This document shows positions 25,840 through 39,900 of a stretch of 64,000 bases of DNA, piece by piece. This stretch comes from Nageia nagi (lineage: Eukaryota; Plantae; Pinophyta). The stretch is from positions 4,464,001-4,528,000 of the forward strand of contig JBITNC010000002.1 in the NCBI GenBank assembly GCA_050084985.1, read 5' to 3'. The position numbers and the translations under genes were made by a program. Each line of letters starts with the position of its first letter. Position 1 is the stretch's first letter. The notes under the pieces were generated by a model. It did not search any database and had not been told where the DNA came from. It saw nothing but the letters and a program-made list of their open reading frames with translations.

Positions 25840-26420
25840 TCTTCAACAATCTTGAGAAGGTCATTGTCCAACTCCAATGTCTCGGTATTCTTGGAAGAAC
25901 TCAAAAGGAAAACCACCAGGTCCTGTGGACTTTCCTCTTTTCATTACTAAAACTAAAAGCAGCATTTCTTAGCCTCTTGGATCATTCCTTTGTAACTAGA
26001 GAAGGTGCGTGATTCAGGACATAATTCTGATCTGGTGTATTAACATCAGACAAAGCTGCCAAAACGTCAGCTGCAAGCTGATACACTGTAAATGTAAAGC
26101 AATACATTTTCTTTCCTTATCAGTATCAGAGTTTAGCTTTTCTTCCTGTCGAGTTTTGTTATTAAAAGATAGTATTTTTCTCTCCTGTTTCCACATTAAT
26201 CTTATTGAAAAGACAGAATTTCTATCTCCTATTTCCACATTAATTCTTTCTTTTAATTCAAGGCGTAGTTTCCTTCGGAAAGAGGCTTCTTCAGCTGCCA
26301 GCTCCATTGTACGAGCAAAACTTCTGATTTCTATTTGAATGTCCTGGAGCCTACTGTTAATGTGTTTTATCCTCTTTGAAACATTGCTAAACTAAGAACA
26401 CCATTCTACATTAATCTGCT
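25840..26420 (-). mobile_element. L1 LINE ORF2 fragment (linker between endonuclease and RT)
   Basis: FSNVSKRIK..LQDIQ...LMWKQ/GDRN, LNHAPSLVT, KSTGPGGFPFEFFQEYRDI..DLLKIVEE, resembling the L1 KxPGPDGFxxEFFQ motif. Confidence 0.7.
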
Positions 26421-27187
26421 TAAGCCTGGTCTGAAATCCATACATTTCAGTCCATGATTAGGAGCAAAACACTATCACAATTTTTTGATTTATTTTCTGA
26501 GGTTTTCTTCCTTTGAACACATCTTGAGACTTGAAACAATTCATGATCAATCTAACAAAGACAAGATACAGTACTACGCATGTGCGCAGTCCCCTTATAA
26601 AGTATTTAATTTTGAACTATCATTTGAATTTTGTCAACTAATGTTTCGACTTCGTGTAATGAACTCATGCCATACAGACAATTGAAGAATCATCTAAAGT
26701 CGCGCTTATTATTCAAAAAGTTAAAAGAAAAATAATAATTAACAAACTAACTATACTTGTTAATTTGGAAGCTAATGAAAAAAATAGTTTTTTTTATATA
26801 TTTTCATACATTCGTTCAATTTTACCTTGTTATGATGGATATTATTGTTCATAAAGTAAACAAATTTGAAGAATCAAACAGAAAGGACTTATTGATAATC
26901 AGTAGGAGCTCTGCTTTTATTTTCAATATTATTGATCGTATTTTCTTCAATAACCAATTGGAAATAACAAAGGAACAGCCATTGACAGAAAAAGAAAGGA
27001 AACAACTTTGTAATTAATGAAATTCCTTGGAGAATATTTTGTTTATTCTTTCTATCTTCATGCTGACAGAGTTACCCTAAAAGCTTCAGGGGGTGATGAT
27101 GTGACTATGCATTTATATGTAGGCATAGACTAAAATCTATAAATTATTATATGCAACACAAATCCTCTTATTACTCAAATTGAGCTT

Positions 27188-30100
27188 TCATAGTGCATTA
27201 GGGGGAAACCTCTTGATGAACTCAAGTGTAGCTATGACAGAATTCTTGGCTGCAAGGGGTCCAAATTTATATATTTGGTTCTCACCTTTTGTGACCGCAA
27301 TCGACATCCTCTGAACAATGACTTCACTTTGTTACAAGCAGCTGCAAGCACCACATACCAATTACTAAAAAATTTCCCAATGATATGCTTCCACTCTTAT
27401 TTAAGACCATTAAACCCTAAGATCTGCATGAGCTCAAGCATAGTCTCATAATTGACAAACAATTGAGCAAAAGTCACTACTCACTCAAAAAACAATTAAA
27501 TACTAATTATACCCTAAGGCAGAATTGAATCAAATTACAATGACTACAGCCACTTCTTCATCCACAGATTGAAATTGAAATATGTTTGGAAAAAAACTTC
27601 ATGATACTGCTGCACTCTCTTCATCCACAGATGAGACATGAAAATGTTGGACAAAAACTTCCTGTATGCACCATTATCAACAAAAATATTTGCACTTGAG
27701 GCCCTATGCCCAAAAACAACATTAGCCGGCCTTGGAAGGCAAGCAGTTTTGTTCAAGCAAGACACCAACTTCAATCCCTGCATATCAGGAATGTGTTCCA
27801 TAATCAGGCACAAATACATCACACATATATTCATAATAACAATCTAGTACATTGCATCTCACAACAGAATAACCAAACAAAAATTCAGTACATAAAATCT
27901 CAAGTCAATACAGTTCAACAATGCTTTCATACATTGGATTCTAATTTATTGCAATCACACAATAGCTTAGAGAAATTTACTGTATAATTGTTGTATATCA
28001 ATAAAATAGTTAAATTTTGAGAGATAATTCAGAGAAACTTAATATTATACCACCACCATTTATTTATATCACACCAAATATTAATATTGGTAAGGATGTA
28101 TGTAGAGTGATAGACACAATCATATACAGGTCATTGACGGACAAACAAATAGATAATCATAAAATACATATACCAGTGAAGAAATTGCAAACCGACCTGT
28201 AACAGCCACAAAATATCAGAAAAACACAATATAATTAAGAAAAACATTATGAACCAAACAAGCACTACCCAAACCTACAAAACTTAAAAAATGTATATAA
28301 TTTAAAGAAAATTTGCACTTTATATTTATTCTTTCAAAGTTTATACTTCAGGTTCAACCAATTGACAAACTTTTGTGAAGCAGACCGAACTTCAGCAAGA
28401 TATTGTAAATTCTAGATACGTATTTCAAAGCCATTAAGATAATATTTCAATTAGAGGCTGAGGATAAGTGCTGCTAACCTGAAGTTCATTTGCAATTTTA
28501 AACCAGTCTGAGCTTGTTTCAGCCCATAGTAGGTCTCCAGATATATCAGGTTTTCCTGATTCACTGTAAAATTCCTCCGGTTCATATGAGATCTTTCCTA
28601 AGAGATTAGTTCTCTTTCCTTGAGGAACATTGTAGTCTCCCACATTCAAACTTCCTAAGTTATCTGCATCTTCCTTACCATTGATTTTCTGCCATATAAA
28701 TCAGAGGAGGTCCCAAATTTGTTAGAAGACACAATACTAGTATCAAACTTACTTGAATTAGAAGACTAAACATGCTTCTGTCTTGTCCAATATACAATGG
28801 CATTAGGCTTAACTACAGTGGCATTTGCAATCATGGACTAATTTATTTGTAAAGATCATAAAATAGTCGCCATAGTTGAAATCACTGTTAGCACAATAAA
28901 ATAAAGGCAATGATCTGGTAATCAGAAATATATGAGAGAGGTCTGTTGCAACCGAAGAAATAAATTATAGAATTCTCTAGCTTACCAGCCACTCCCACAT
29001 TCCTGTGTGACCCACATACTTTGGAACTGTGACATCTCCTATTGAAAGGGAGTTATTTGCATTGCCAGCAATGCCAAAATGCACAACACCAACAATGTTA
29101 AATAGATCTGCCAGTGTCTGGGTCGTAACCCCTGCATTCAACTGTTGACCAAACATTTTTTACAAATAAGTTCTTAACAAAAAATTGTAAAACTTAGAAG
29201 CTTGAATACTTATAGAGTCTAGTATCTCTCTTTTTTCTCAAATTTGTTAATTTCCAGTCAGTGCCATAAAGCCACTATAAATATTCCTAAGACAAAAATT
29301 ATAATACATAACAGAAACTTATCATTGCAGTTTTTCTGCATTTTCAAAAACAGAAAACACTGTCTTTAAGCAATCATTACACATTATGGTCTTCATAAAC
29401 CTATTTTCCACCTTAGATAAGTAAATCCAAGCCCATAGAACTACTTAACCTTGACCAAATTTTTAAATTTTCAAGAAATAGTTTATGAATATAACAATGG
29501 CTATAAGATATAGAGATCTACAGAGCTTGAACAGTATTCCTACGCAGTTGAAATTCCACAAGCATTGTAAAGCGATATTAGTCATACTAAGCATAATAGA
29601 ATTTTCACATACCGTAAAAGAGTTATCAGATTCTAGTTTAGTTTTCTCATTGTTGATTTGTGTTAAAAGGCTTAAGGCTTAAATGCTAGTCCATGAATCT
29701 GAAGACACCAAGGCATTGGTTTAGATGTGAAGAAATTCATCTAAGGATATAAGAAGGCAATCCAGGCTTTAGAAACAGTGAAAGTTCAATATTGTTGCCT
29801 TTAGCTACTTACAAGAATAAGGAACTTCTCCTGCCTAGCTGGATGTTTTATCTTCTTATTCAGGGAAGATAACTGAAAATAAAAGATTCATACTAAAGAC
29901 TCATGATGAACCAACAGACAGGCTTACTTATCAAGAGAAAGGATCATGAAAAATTCATCGTTTGAAGGGGATTCTACATTCTGAAAATAAAGGACTGAGA
30001 AAGTCTATAGAAGATAGTAACAAGAGATAGAAAATAAAAAGCAAAAACATCATATACCTTATAACAAGTGGAACAAAACTGAAATGGTCATAGCCAAGAA

Positions 30101-31438
30101 AAAACATTGAATAACCTAAACTATATATGTATTTTATCCATAATAAAGGGCTTGATAGAAATAGTACCATTCCCACTCCACATCTTACATATACAACCTT
30201 TTTGCCATAGATAGTTCCAATCCTGTATCTCCTACCTGCAAAAATGTTCAATAAAAACCCAAACATCATTCTTACTTACCTGTTAATAAAAAAGCATACA
30301 ACAGTGCCATCTTCGCTCGCACATATTGGCAATCAGAAACAACTTCATACAACCTTATATCCCCAAAATGAATTAAAACCCAAAGAAACTTGAACAATAA
30401 CTTGTCAAATACCAACATAACCCTAACAGCACCAATTTTATATATGTATTTACATTTACACGTTCCTCTCATTGAGAAGGATAGACTTTAACGGGTACAA
30501 CAGACAAGCAGGTTTTAAGAGCTTGGTCTCTCTGTGACATGAAGGCTTGAGCAGCAAAGTAATCATCATCATAGATTTGAAAAAAATTACTAGAAAACTA
30601 AAGACTAACATAAACCACAATTTAAATTTATTGATGCATGGAATTATAGCCGAGTTTTGTTCTAAAAAAAACTTAGAACTACATTATATATAAAGAGAGA
30701 AGAGTGGAAGAACAAATGGATGTGAAAACTTTTATGAAAAGAGCTAAGTTCAAATATATCTCAACTCCAATAAGAGAACCCTAGACATGAAATCTAATTC
30801 GAATGAATAAATCCCATTTATGAACTTCCATGAAAAAATTGTAACAACATGGCAGATGAGATCTTGATAGATGGGCTGAGTTATATGTGTGTTAAGGCTC
30901 CACCAAGGTTCCAGGTTCAAACTACATACGCATCAATAAAGCGAAGTGGCTATAGGCAGTTTCAAGTTTTGAGGACTCAACTAGCATATGGGATTTATGG
31001 GTATGGATCCCAGTCAAAAAGCCCACAGAGTAGGTATCTTTCTGAAATTGTGAAAACGTGAAAGACAACACCTTGTTTATGCAAAATATATCAAATCGAT
31101 TGCAGCTACCTCAAAAGCTATATTAGTAATCTCATCATCCTCTTAAAGCAATTGACTCAAAAAAATGTCTATCACATTATTTTGATCACATGACTGTGGA
31201 TAAGGTGATTACCTGATAAATCTATGGATGGATACTTTGGATGAGGCTTGAGGACATTAGCTTGCATGAAGGCAGTTTCTTCTGGTCGATAAACAGTAAC
31301 CACAGCAATCCTGGGTCCTTCCTTATTGATCTCATAAACCATTCTCATGCCTTTCCCCTTTGAACGAAGGCATGAAACTTCACAAGTCCATGATAACACT
31401 ACTACCAAGACCACTATTATTGCACATCTTCCTTCCAT
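27188..31438 (-). CDS. Bark-storage-protein-A-like / MTA-SAH nucleosidase (PNP_UDP_1) family secreted protein; exons 31213-31438, 30168-30235, 28986-29141, 28479-28688, ~27539-27777, 27188-27341
   Basis: Signal peptide, then GPRIAVVTVY..EE; GRRYRIGTIYGKKVVYVRCGVGM; LNAGVTTQ..VVHFGIAGNAN.SLSIGDVTVPKYVGHTGMWEW; SANIFVDNGAYR..SVDEESAA; LAAKNSV..LEFI; TGA at 27188-27190. GT-AG introns with compatible phases through exon 5. Exons 5-6 carry indels (see findings). Confidence 0.88.
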
Positions 31439-31487
31439 CCTTAAATTGAAAGAAAAGAGAAGGAATAATTTGCTGTATTCTCTGTAT

Positions 31488-31498
31488 TGTATATAAAC
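31488..31498 (-). promoter_or_regulatory. Candidate TATA box of the BSP-like gene
   Basis: TTTATATACA on the minus strand, about 55 bp upstream of the ATG. Confidence 0.4.
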
Positions 31499-32047
31499 AG
31501 AGAGAAGTAGGCAGTCGAGAGATCTCAGGGCTAAAAATAAGAGTTTCTAAACAAGGTTTGACTAAAGAATGTTATACCGGGCATTACTTGTCAAATTATA
31601 TACGTCAAAATCTCATGATTGGATAAGGAATATTTGAGGCACGAGTCAAACAACATTTGCTCCACATCAATTATATGAGCAGCCCAGCTTGATGCTCGAT
31701 CGGAGAAGTAAAGAATTGAAAGCGAGTTGAATAATGATAAGTATCTTAAATATATATTTATTAAACTTCGAGAGAGATTAATTTTGAGCTATTTATCTTA
31801 AATAGTTTTATACATTATATAAATATTATTAAATAAAAATAAAAAAATATAAATGAAGTGTAATATATATAAAATATTATTTATAAAAAATATACAATAA
31901 ATATTACATAAGAATAATTAAATACGAAAAAAGTGAATTAATTTTCACCATTTATTTATATAAGTTATAATTTTGAATTTCAACTATTTGATTATTGTTA
32001 AACGGACACACAAGTGATAAATGAGTTTTCTACCTCTTTTTTGTTTG

Positions 32048-32556
32048 TCATTGTAGAAAATCGAGAAACATATCTCGATGTTAATAATGATAAAAGGTTC
32101 TTCGAGGTTGATAATACGTAAATAGCATTCTGAATTTGGTGAACAAAAGCATTGATCCCTCCCCCTATCACTTGACCATTCCCATCTAATAATTCCATCA
32201 ATGGATTGGGTAAAATCATCAAAATGGTGTGAAAGGGCATAGTTGGCTTTTTTTTTAACCAGTGGGTATATTCGCAAAGTTTTTATGTATAAACACATTC
32301 ATTGTAGAATATCGAGAAACATATCTCGATGTTAATAATGATAAAGGGTTCTTCGAGGTTGATAATACGTAAATAGCATTCTGAATTTGGTGAACAAAAG
32401 TATTGATCCCTCCCCCTATCACTTTTGACCATTCCCATCTAATAATTCCATCAATGGATTGGGTAAAATCATCAAAATGGTGTGAAAGGGCATAGTTGGC
32501 TTTTTTTTTTAATTAGTGGGTATATTTGCAAAGTTTTTATGTATAAACACATTCAT
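32048..32556. repeat. Near-perfect tandem duplication, period ~251 bp
   Basis: tcattgtaga..aaacacat repeats at 32048 and 32299 with few substitutions and homopolymer differences. Confidence 0.95.
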
Positions 32557-33999
32557 GATGTTTAGTTTTTTCCAACGAACATGCAAATATGCAAAAACAC
32601 GTTCTCTATGCGAATATATAAAAAAGGAGGAATAAAAATCCCAAAATAAGGGTTTTTCAAAATCATATTTTGGAGATTCAAACCTGGGTTGTTGGATTCA
32701 AATTCCAATATCCTAACCAATACATAAGTGTTCCATGCATCACTATCCATTCCAATTTTTAGATTTAACTTCAATTGTGATACATTAACTTCCCAAATCT
32801 ACTTGAAATATAAGGAAAACAGATCCACTGGAAAAAGTGTATCAAGTTATCAGGAGTTGTTAGGTTGTAGGGGGTGATTAGTCCCCTAGTTAGACAATGC
32901 CATTCCAAAAAAATGCATGTATGATATGAATACAATATGCATGAATTATCTAGGTTTATCCTACAACATAATGCAATTTGAAATACAATCTATATGTATC
33001 TTACATATCCCATATTCGCATCACAACTCAACTAAGTACCTTATATCTCAATACTTCTCATGCAAAAGTCATAGACTTTGACCAAAATTATTGATGTGTG
33101 TAGGTTGATTTCTTAAACAATATTGTTAACATAACAATTATTATATAATTATTTCATTTTGAAAATTATATATCAAAGGATCAACAAAGACTTCATATAT
33201 ATTCCAATATCAAATATTAATTAAGCACAAGTTTTAGATTGATAAATATATGTTAGCTATTTTATATTAATTGGGTCGAATCCTTATGATAAGATTGATG
33301 GTTTCAAGATTGATTATGGAGTTTAAGGATTAATATTAGTGATTGTAAGTTTATAGATAAATGGTAATATGAATGTAGTGATCATCATCAAATAATATAT
33401 TTTCTTATATTTATTTGGCACATATTTTTAGAATAAGATATTACCCTCTCAAAGTGTTTAATGTTGCCAATTTCATTATCGAGTTATTCATTTATGCAAC
33501 ATTACTAATATGTAGAGCATGCATATTGTTAATCTTCTATTATTGTATCCATACGAATTGTAGACTTATATGCTCATAAGAGCATAAGATATGAAATTAC
33601 TTTATATGCTAACTTATTTCATGATAAATGTTATTAAAGAGACAATAATGGTTGCTTTAGGATTGCAATTTCTAATGAATTAGAGAAAAGTATATATTTA
33701 TCTCATTTTGATCACCTAATCAAGATTATCATAATGGTATATATATACAATAATGCCTTAAGTAAGACCAAAATAAGATTCAAAAGTTGAAAATATTACC
33801 AATTGACAAATTTGACACCCATATGGTCTCAAGAGTGTGGGAAAATAATGGAAAAGGTAGATTGATCAAAATACAAATCTTAATGAGAGAATTATGCATA
33901 AACTATAATAAAAGGAAAAAAATTAAAAATCATTTCAATACCATAATACTTCATAAAACTAACAAGATATAGAAAACTAACAAACACTAATAAGTGTAA

Positions 34000-36900
34000 G
34001 AAAGTAACAAACTTTGATAAATCAAAGTACAAGGAACCATTCTACTTCTAAATTTGCTTTGGTAATTGGTAAAAAAAAGGGCTTTTTATATACACACCCA
34101 AACTTGTTTACAAGTATAAATATTTCATAGTTCTATTGATTACTATAAAAGTATACATTCCAATAGCAATTTCACATACTTCCAATAAAAAAATTTATTT
34201 GACCTTATAATTCTACTTTGATCATGATGCCTTAGTAGCCTTCCTCTTCTTTGTTTCAGTGAGAATTAGTTTTAGTGGCTTGATGTTATATATCATTGGT
34301 TCCTCTTATTTTCCTTCCTCTGGTAGCCTTTCCCTCTTTTTTGACATATCTTTATTAATAGATTAATTTGGTATCCCTACAAAAGGATATAAGTCTTCTT
34401 CCACTCTACTTTTGTTACCCCATGTTGCCTTCACCAATTCCCATAATTTTTTCATCTCTTCCCTCTTTTTCCAAACCTCTAGATTTACATAGATTCATTC
34501 ATACATTGGGTAGGTATTGGAGGAAAAGCCTCCACCTCTTGCAATTATTCCTATCCATCTTGGTTTTCAACCAATTCCTTGGAGAAGATACTAACATTTT
34601 CATCTAGCACAACCTTAATTTTAAAAGCTAGTTTTTCTTTTGAGTTCTGTTCTTTCCATATCTCCTAACACATGTGTAGAAGTAAGAACTCCCACCATGT
34701 GCTCTAAGAGCCTTTAACGAAAGGTGGAAGCCATATTTTATTAATTATTGCATCGATTCAAACACAAACTAATCCTTACCTTCCATGATCAAATTCCATA
34801 CCTTCATTGAGTACTTGCATTTGATAAATAAATGGGTGACCGATTCTTCATCTTTTATACATAGTAAACAAACATTTGGGAGGATCATTCCTCATTTTTT
34901 TAGATTATCTATAGTGAGTGTATATCATGTTCAAATAGGTTAACCAAAAGAATATTGCAATTTTGGAAAGTAATCCATTTCTTCATATTTTCTTTTTATT
35001 ATCTCTATTTTCAATGAAGCTATCATAACTTATCTTCATTGTGTATAAGTTGCTCTTATGCTTTTTACATAATGGTTTATATTTTACAATATCTTAGCTT
35101 AATGGGGTTTCAGATAAGATTTTGTTGAGATAGTCAGCTTGGGGTGAAAGATCACCTTCAGGAATAAAAATAAATTTTCAATATCGTTCTCTTTCCCCCC
35201 TTTCGATGTAGTGATGGATCATTTCACCAATATTATTGGAAGCCCAGTTCACAAATAGTTGTAGCCCTTATTTCCTTCTTGGAGTTTGATTTACATACCA
35301 TTTGTCATCCCAAAAGAAAATTTAGGTTCCATCCCCTATGTAATGTCCCCTTTTAGTAGATGTTGCCCTTAGGATTGATTTTGTAATTAGGAGCATTTAT
35401 TTATTTATTGCATGTATCTTAGGCAATAATGTAACTTAGGATAGAATATATATGGATCCCATGGACCAATTGTGAGCCCCTAGTGGGACATCTACCTCTT
35501 AAGAGTATATTAGAGCATTAAGCATCATATTGTGGATTCCAAGGCACAACACATGATTAGAGGCTAGGCACATGGTTTGGAGTGAACCTGAGGTACAATA
35601 TAGGAACCCAAGCATGATATCACCTTGAGGAGTGTGTGAGCACCCAACAATGGAGGATTCCTACTTATATGGCTAGCATAGTGTTGAGGGAACATAATTG
35701 AGTTATTTTGATATCTTTTATCTTTGAAGTGGTAGAACCATCTCTTGGGTCTCTAGTTGGATGTAAACCTAGCTTAGAGAAGGAGCTCTTGGGATGTAGC
35801 CCACACTAGATCTTGGCTAAGGCTAAAAGTCCTTATTCAGACTTACTTTGTAGATTATATACAAGAGTTGAAGGTTCTTGTAGTGAGGCATTAGCATTTG
35901 AGAAGAGTATGGCCTAGATCTAGTCCATCAAGCTAGACGTCAACCCTCTTAGGCCTATTTAGTCGTATCTTACTCCATCATTGTTTAATGTTGAGACATT
36001 GATAATATTTATTCTATTTGGCTTATGTGTAGCATATTTTATGGTGTGAATGTTTGATCTTATTTATTTTCATATTTATTACCTAATTATCTAATGATTT
36101 TGGAATGAATAATAGTTTATCATATTACAATGGTTTCAAAGCTATCATCTAGCTATCTTATGGGAGGATAGTTGAATGTAGTTAGTTGAGAAGGTTTACC
36201 AAAGGAAAAAAGGAAAGAATTCATCCATGGTCACTCAAACTAGATCTAAGGATGATGTAAGAAAGCAAATTATAGAATAAACCCAAAAAAGTTAGATGAA
36301 TGCACTAGAGCATGCACTTGGAGATGAGGAAAATGCATATGAGAAAGAGAGAAAAATTTTGCCCAAGGATCCAACCAAAAATAAGTTTTATGACCTATTA
36401 GCCATGATGAAAACTATTTCAAATTAAATGCAATTACAGAATGAGTGTGCAGCCATAAGAGAGGCATAGTAGAGGGACTTCAAACTTGGATGAAGCCCTA
36501 GAATGCTCCATACTCATAAATTTGCCTTTATTTGTGAAAGGGATCTACGAGGGGATGCTCCCTTGAATAGATATCATGAGAGAGATCATGGAGAAGAGGA
36601 AACTTTTCTACATAGATCCAAAAGGTTAGAGCATGATCAAGAAGGTTAAGGATTTGAATGAAGAGAGCTTGTATTTTAGAGATCTCAATAGACTAGAATA
36701 ATGGATGAAGTAGAGCCTTCCTTATTTAGGACAAGATCCACTAGGTTCAAAGAGCTAGTATGGGAGAAATTCATGGAGAGATACTCATAGAGAATGGATG
36801 CCTCACCTCACCCTCTACTACTAACTACTAAGCCTATGTTCTTGTTAAGGTAATAAAGCAATACAAGATTGATTTCACCATGGGAGCTCAATCAATTGTA

Positions 36901-39900
36901 CCAAGAATATGCCTTGAACACATAAGAGTACTTCAAAAATGATGTGATACTTTCTTTATAGTTGGAGTTTTTAGGTAAGATAACTAGTGGTAGTTAAGCA
37001 CATGGTGGATCTAAAGCTGATATGAAGGATCTATAATAGCAACTAAGTAGGATGCAAATGCATTGTTATATGGAAGTGGCAAGATGAATGCTAGGGTATG
37101 GTTGCAAAAACTACATACTTATTTCACACTCATTCCTATGATAGAGGATGATGTCATATAGTTTTCTACCTTGCACTTACATGACATAGCATATGAGTGA
37201 TGGCAGCATGTCATGACCACATAGGATCATGGAGCAATCACCTCCTTTGATATCTTCAATAGGAGGATGAAGGATCGATTTGATAGAAAGGATGAAGATG
37301 ATTACTTCAAGGACCTAACTACAATAAGGTAAAGCATTTATGGAGGATTATGTAGAAGAATTCCAAAGGATTGTAGTATTTATTCCCATTATTTAAAATA
37401 AGAGGATCACTTTCCTCTTCGTAGAGGGTTTGGTAGAATCATTAAGGGGTTTAGTCAAAGCCTTATGCCCTATGCAGCTATATTATGCCATCAAAAGGGA
37501 ATTGAACCTAGAGCCTAACATGATGAGAGCTAGGGTCGCATTACCACCAAATATGGGGATGTTTGGAAGGGAGATGTTAGAGATGGAGCCTCCAAGTGGC
37601 CAAATGAGTCAAACATCAAGATATAACAAGGTAAGCTTGAAGCCCAGGAATGAGCTAAGGTAGAAAAAATTGTACTTTATCTATAAGCATCCTTAGGAGT
37701 GTGATCATAGATGTTTGGGCAAGGGAGAAGTTCATTACATTGAAGTAATCTTGGAGGATGATGATTCAAACTTGAAGTTCAACTTGGGAGGTTTGAATTT
37801 GTAGTTAGAACACCTTACTCTAGACAGAAAGAGCATAGTTAAAGGAATGATTACATCACTTTCAAAAGTACCCAAGTACTTCACACTTAAGGTGAGGGGT
37901 TAGCCGTCAGATAAGAAGTGATGGTATTTATAGACCTAGGAGCCACACAAAACTTTATCAATGAGGAGTTTGTGAAGAATAAGTACCTAAAGAAAAATTA
38001 TATTGAGTGTTTTTTGTTATGAATGTCAATGAGAAGCTTTCATTGGTGGATCAAATTATGGAGAAGTTTGGTATGAGGATACAATATTATATGGTAAGAG
38101 AGGACTTCTACGTCTATCCACTAGATCACATTCCCCATTTAATTTTGGGAGTACAATGCCTATATAATTTGGGTGACATCCACTCAAATTATCAAAAGTT
38201 AATGATGAAATTTGAGGTGGAAGGAAAGGATAATACACTAAAAGGTATCAAGGATTACTTTCTCCAAGCATCATCCAACCATTTGATGAAAGTGTATGGA
38301 GTTATATGACTTAAGCAGGAGGACATCCCACCAATCAAGGAAGGGTACATATGGAGGGGGTCATATGATGATGAGAAGTATTTGGAAGAATAATGTCAAG
38401 CCATAAAAGGCATAAAAGAGGATAGATTAATGAGATTGGAGTAGGCAATCTTTACCTTGATGCACTTCATCCATCCCTTGGCTCACTTTGATGTTGGATG
38501 GGAAAGGAGTTGGAGCAGTGAAAGGATTGAATCATCCTCAACATCAACATGGGGGAGGTTATGGAACACATGCTTTGATGCCACACTCATTGAGAATTTG
38601 GGGATTATTATTAGGTCCCATTCAACACTTATCTCTTTGGAAGACAACATAGACCATAGATCGACTACGTGGAGGTCTTCCACGAGAGGGGATCATTGTT
38701 AGGAAATGATAAATACCACATGAGTGCATACCAAGGGGTGTTTTTAATATCAAATCAAACTATCAATATATTGATAAGTATTTTATAAGGGGAAGGGAAT
38801 TTAAAATGTATACAAAATATTCTACTTTGGCGAATTGACTGTATAATTAATTAGTGGACCCCCTTTACTATATATGCTTTTGCATTTTAACTTGAGGGCT
38901 TTTTAAAATTTTATATAGATTTTATTTAATTTTTAGGTTAAAGATCCCATGCCATATTTTTTTTAATATATAATATATTCCCTTGCATTAGGTATATATT
39001 AGGATTTTAAATTTTAAAATCCTACCTACCATTATAAGTATTAATTATGGGTTCACATGTAAACCCTATTTTTCATTTTAATTGGTGGTGATTTCTTACT
39101 TATACTCGTTCTTGGATTCTTTCAAAACACTTCCTGTAGTCCAATTAATGAGCCCTTAATGGGTGAAAATAGTTTTGGCATGAAGTGTTGGAGTTTTCTA
39201 TAATTTTTCATTTTGTTAATGGAAAGTTCTTTCTCCATATTTGTTGTGAATTATTTTACTGTTTTCCTTATTTACTCTTTCAAGCTACAAGTGATCTCAA
39301 TATAACTTTTAAAATGGGTTGTTCTTTATTATATAGGGTTTTACCATGAGAGGTTTAATAAATTAAAAGAGAAGGTGGTAAATTTTAAAAATAGAGGGTT
39401 TTTAAATAATCCTATGAATGCACATGTTTTGAAGCCTTTAATGATCTAATCCTTTGCAAAAAAAGCATTAATGATCTTCTTCAAGGTTATATATTGTAGA
39501 GTTGGAACATCAAGTACATGGTAGAAATGTTAGATTTGTGGAACATCAAGTACATGGTAGTGTTGCAAAGCATTCATATTTATGACTTATAGTTCTTTGA
39601 ATTATAATAGGTTGGTTGTCATATTTTGGAAATGTTTTGGCCAAGTCATGATAGCTCCTTACCATTATTCATGGGTTGTTCAAGGGAGGAGCATGGTATG
39701 GGAAACCAGGAATGATGATAAGGGTGATTTGATTGCATCTCAATTTGGAGATTATAACATGAGTGAATACCCAACCTTGTATACTTTTCTACCAAACATT
39801 GGCATATATTGGATGTTTTCTTATCATAAGAAGAGAAGTCCTTACTCTATTTACATTTTTATTTTATGATCTTTTAGGCATCAGAGCTACGTAGGGAATA

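Noticed and set aside
26014-26307. 97-aa ORF considered as a host coiled-coil gene
   Set aside because: Flanking frames give L1 ORF2 motifs (KSTGPGGFPFEFFQ), so it is a LINE fragment.
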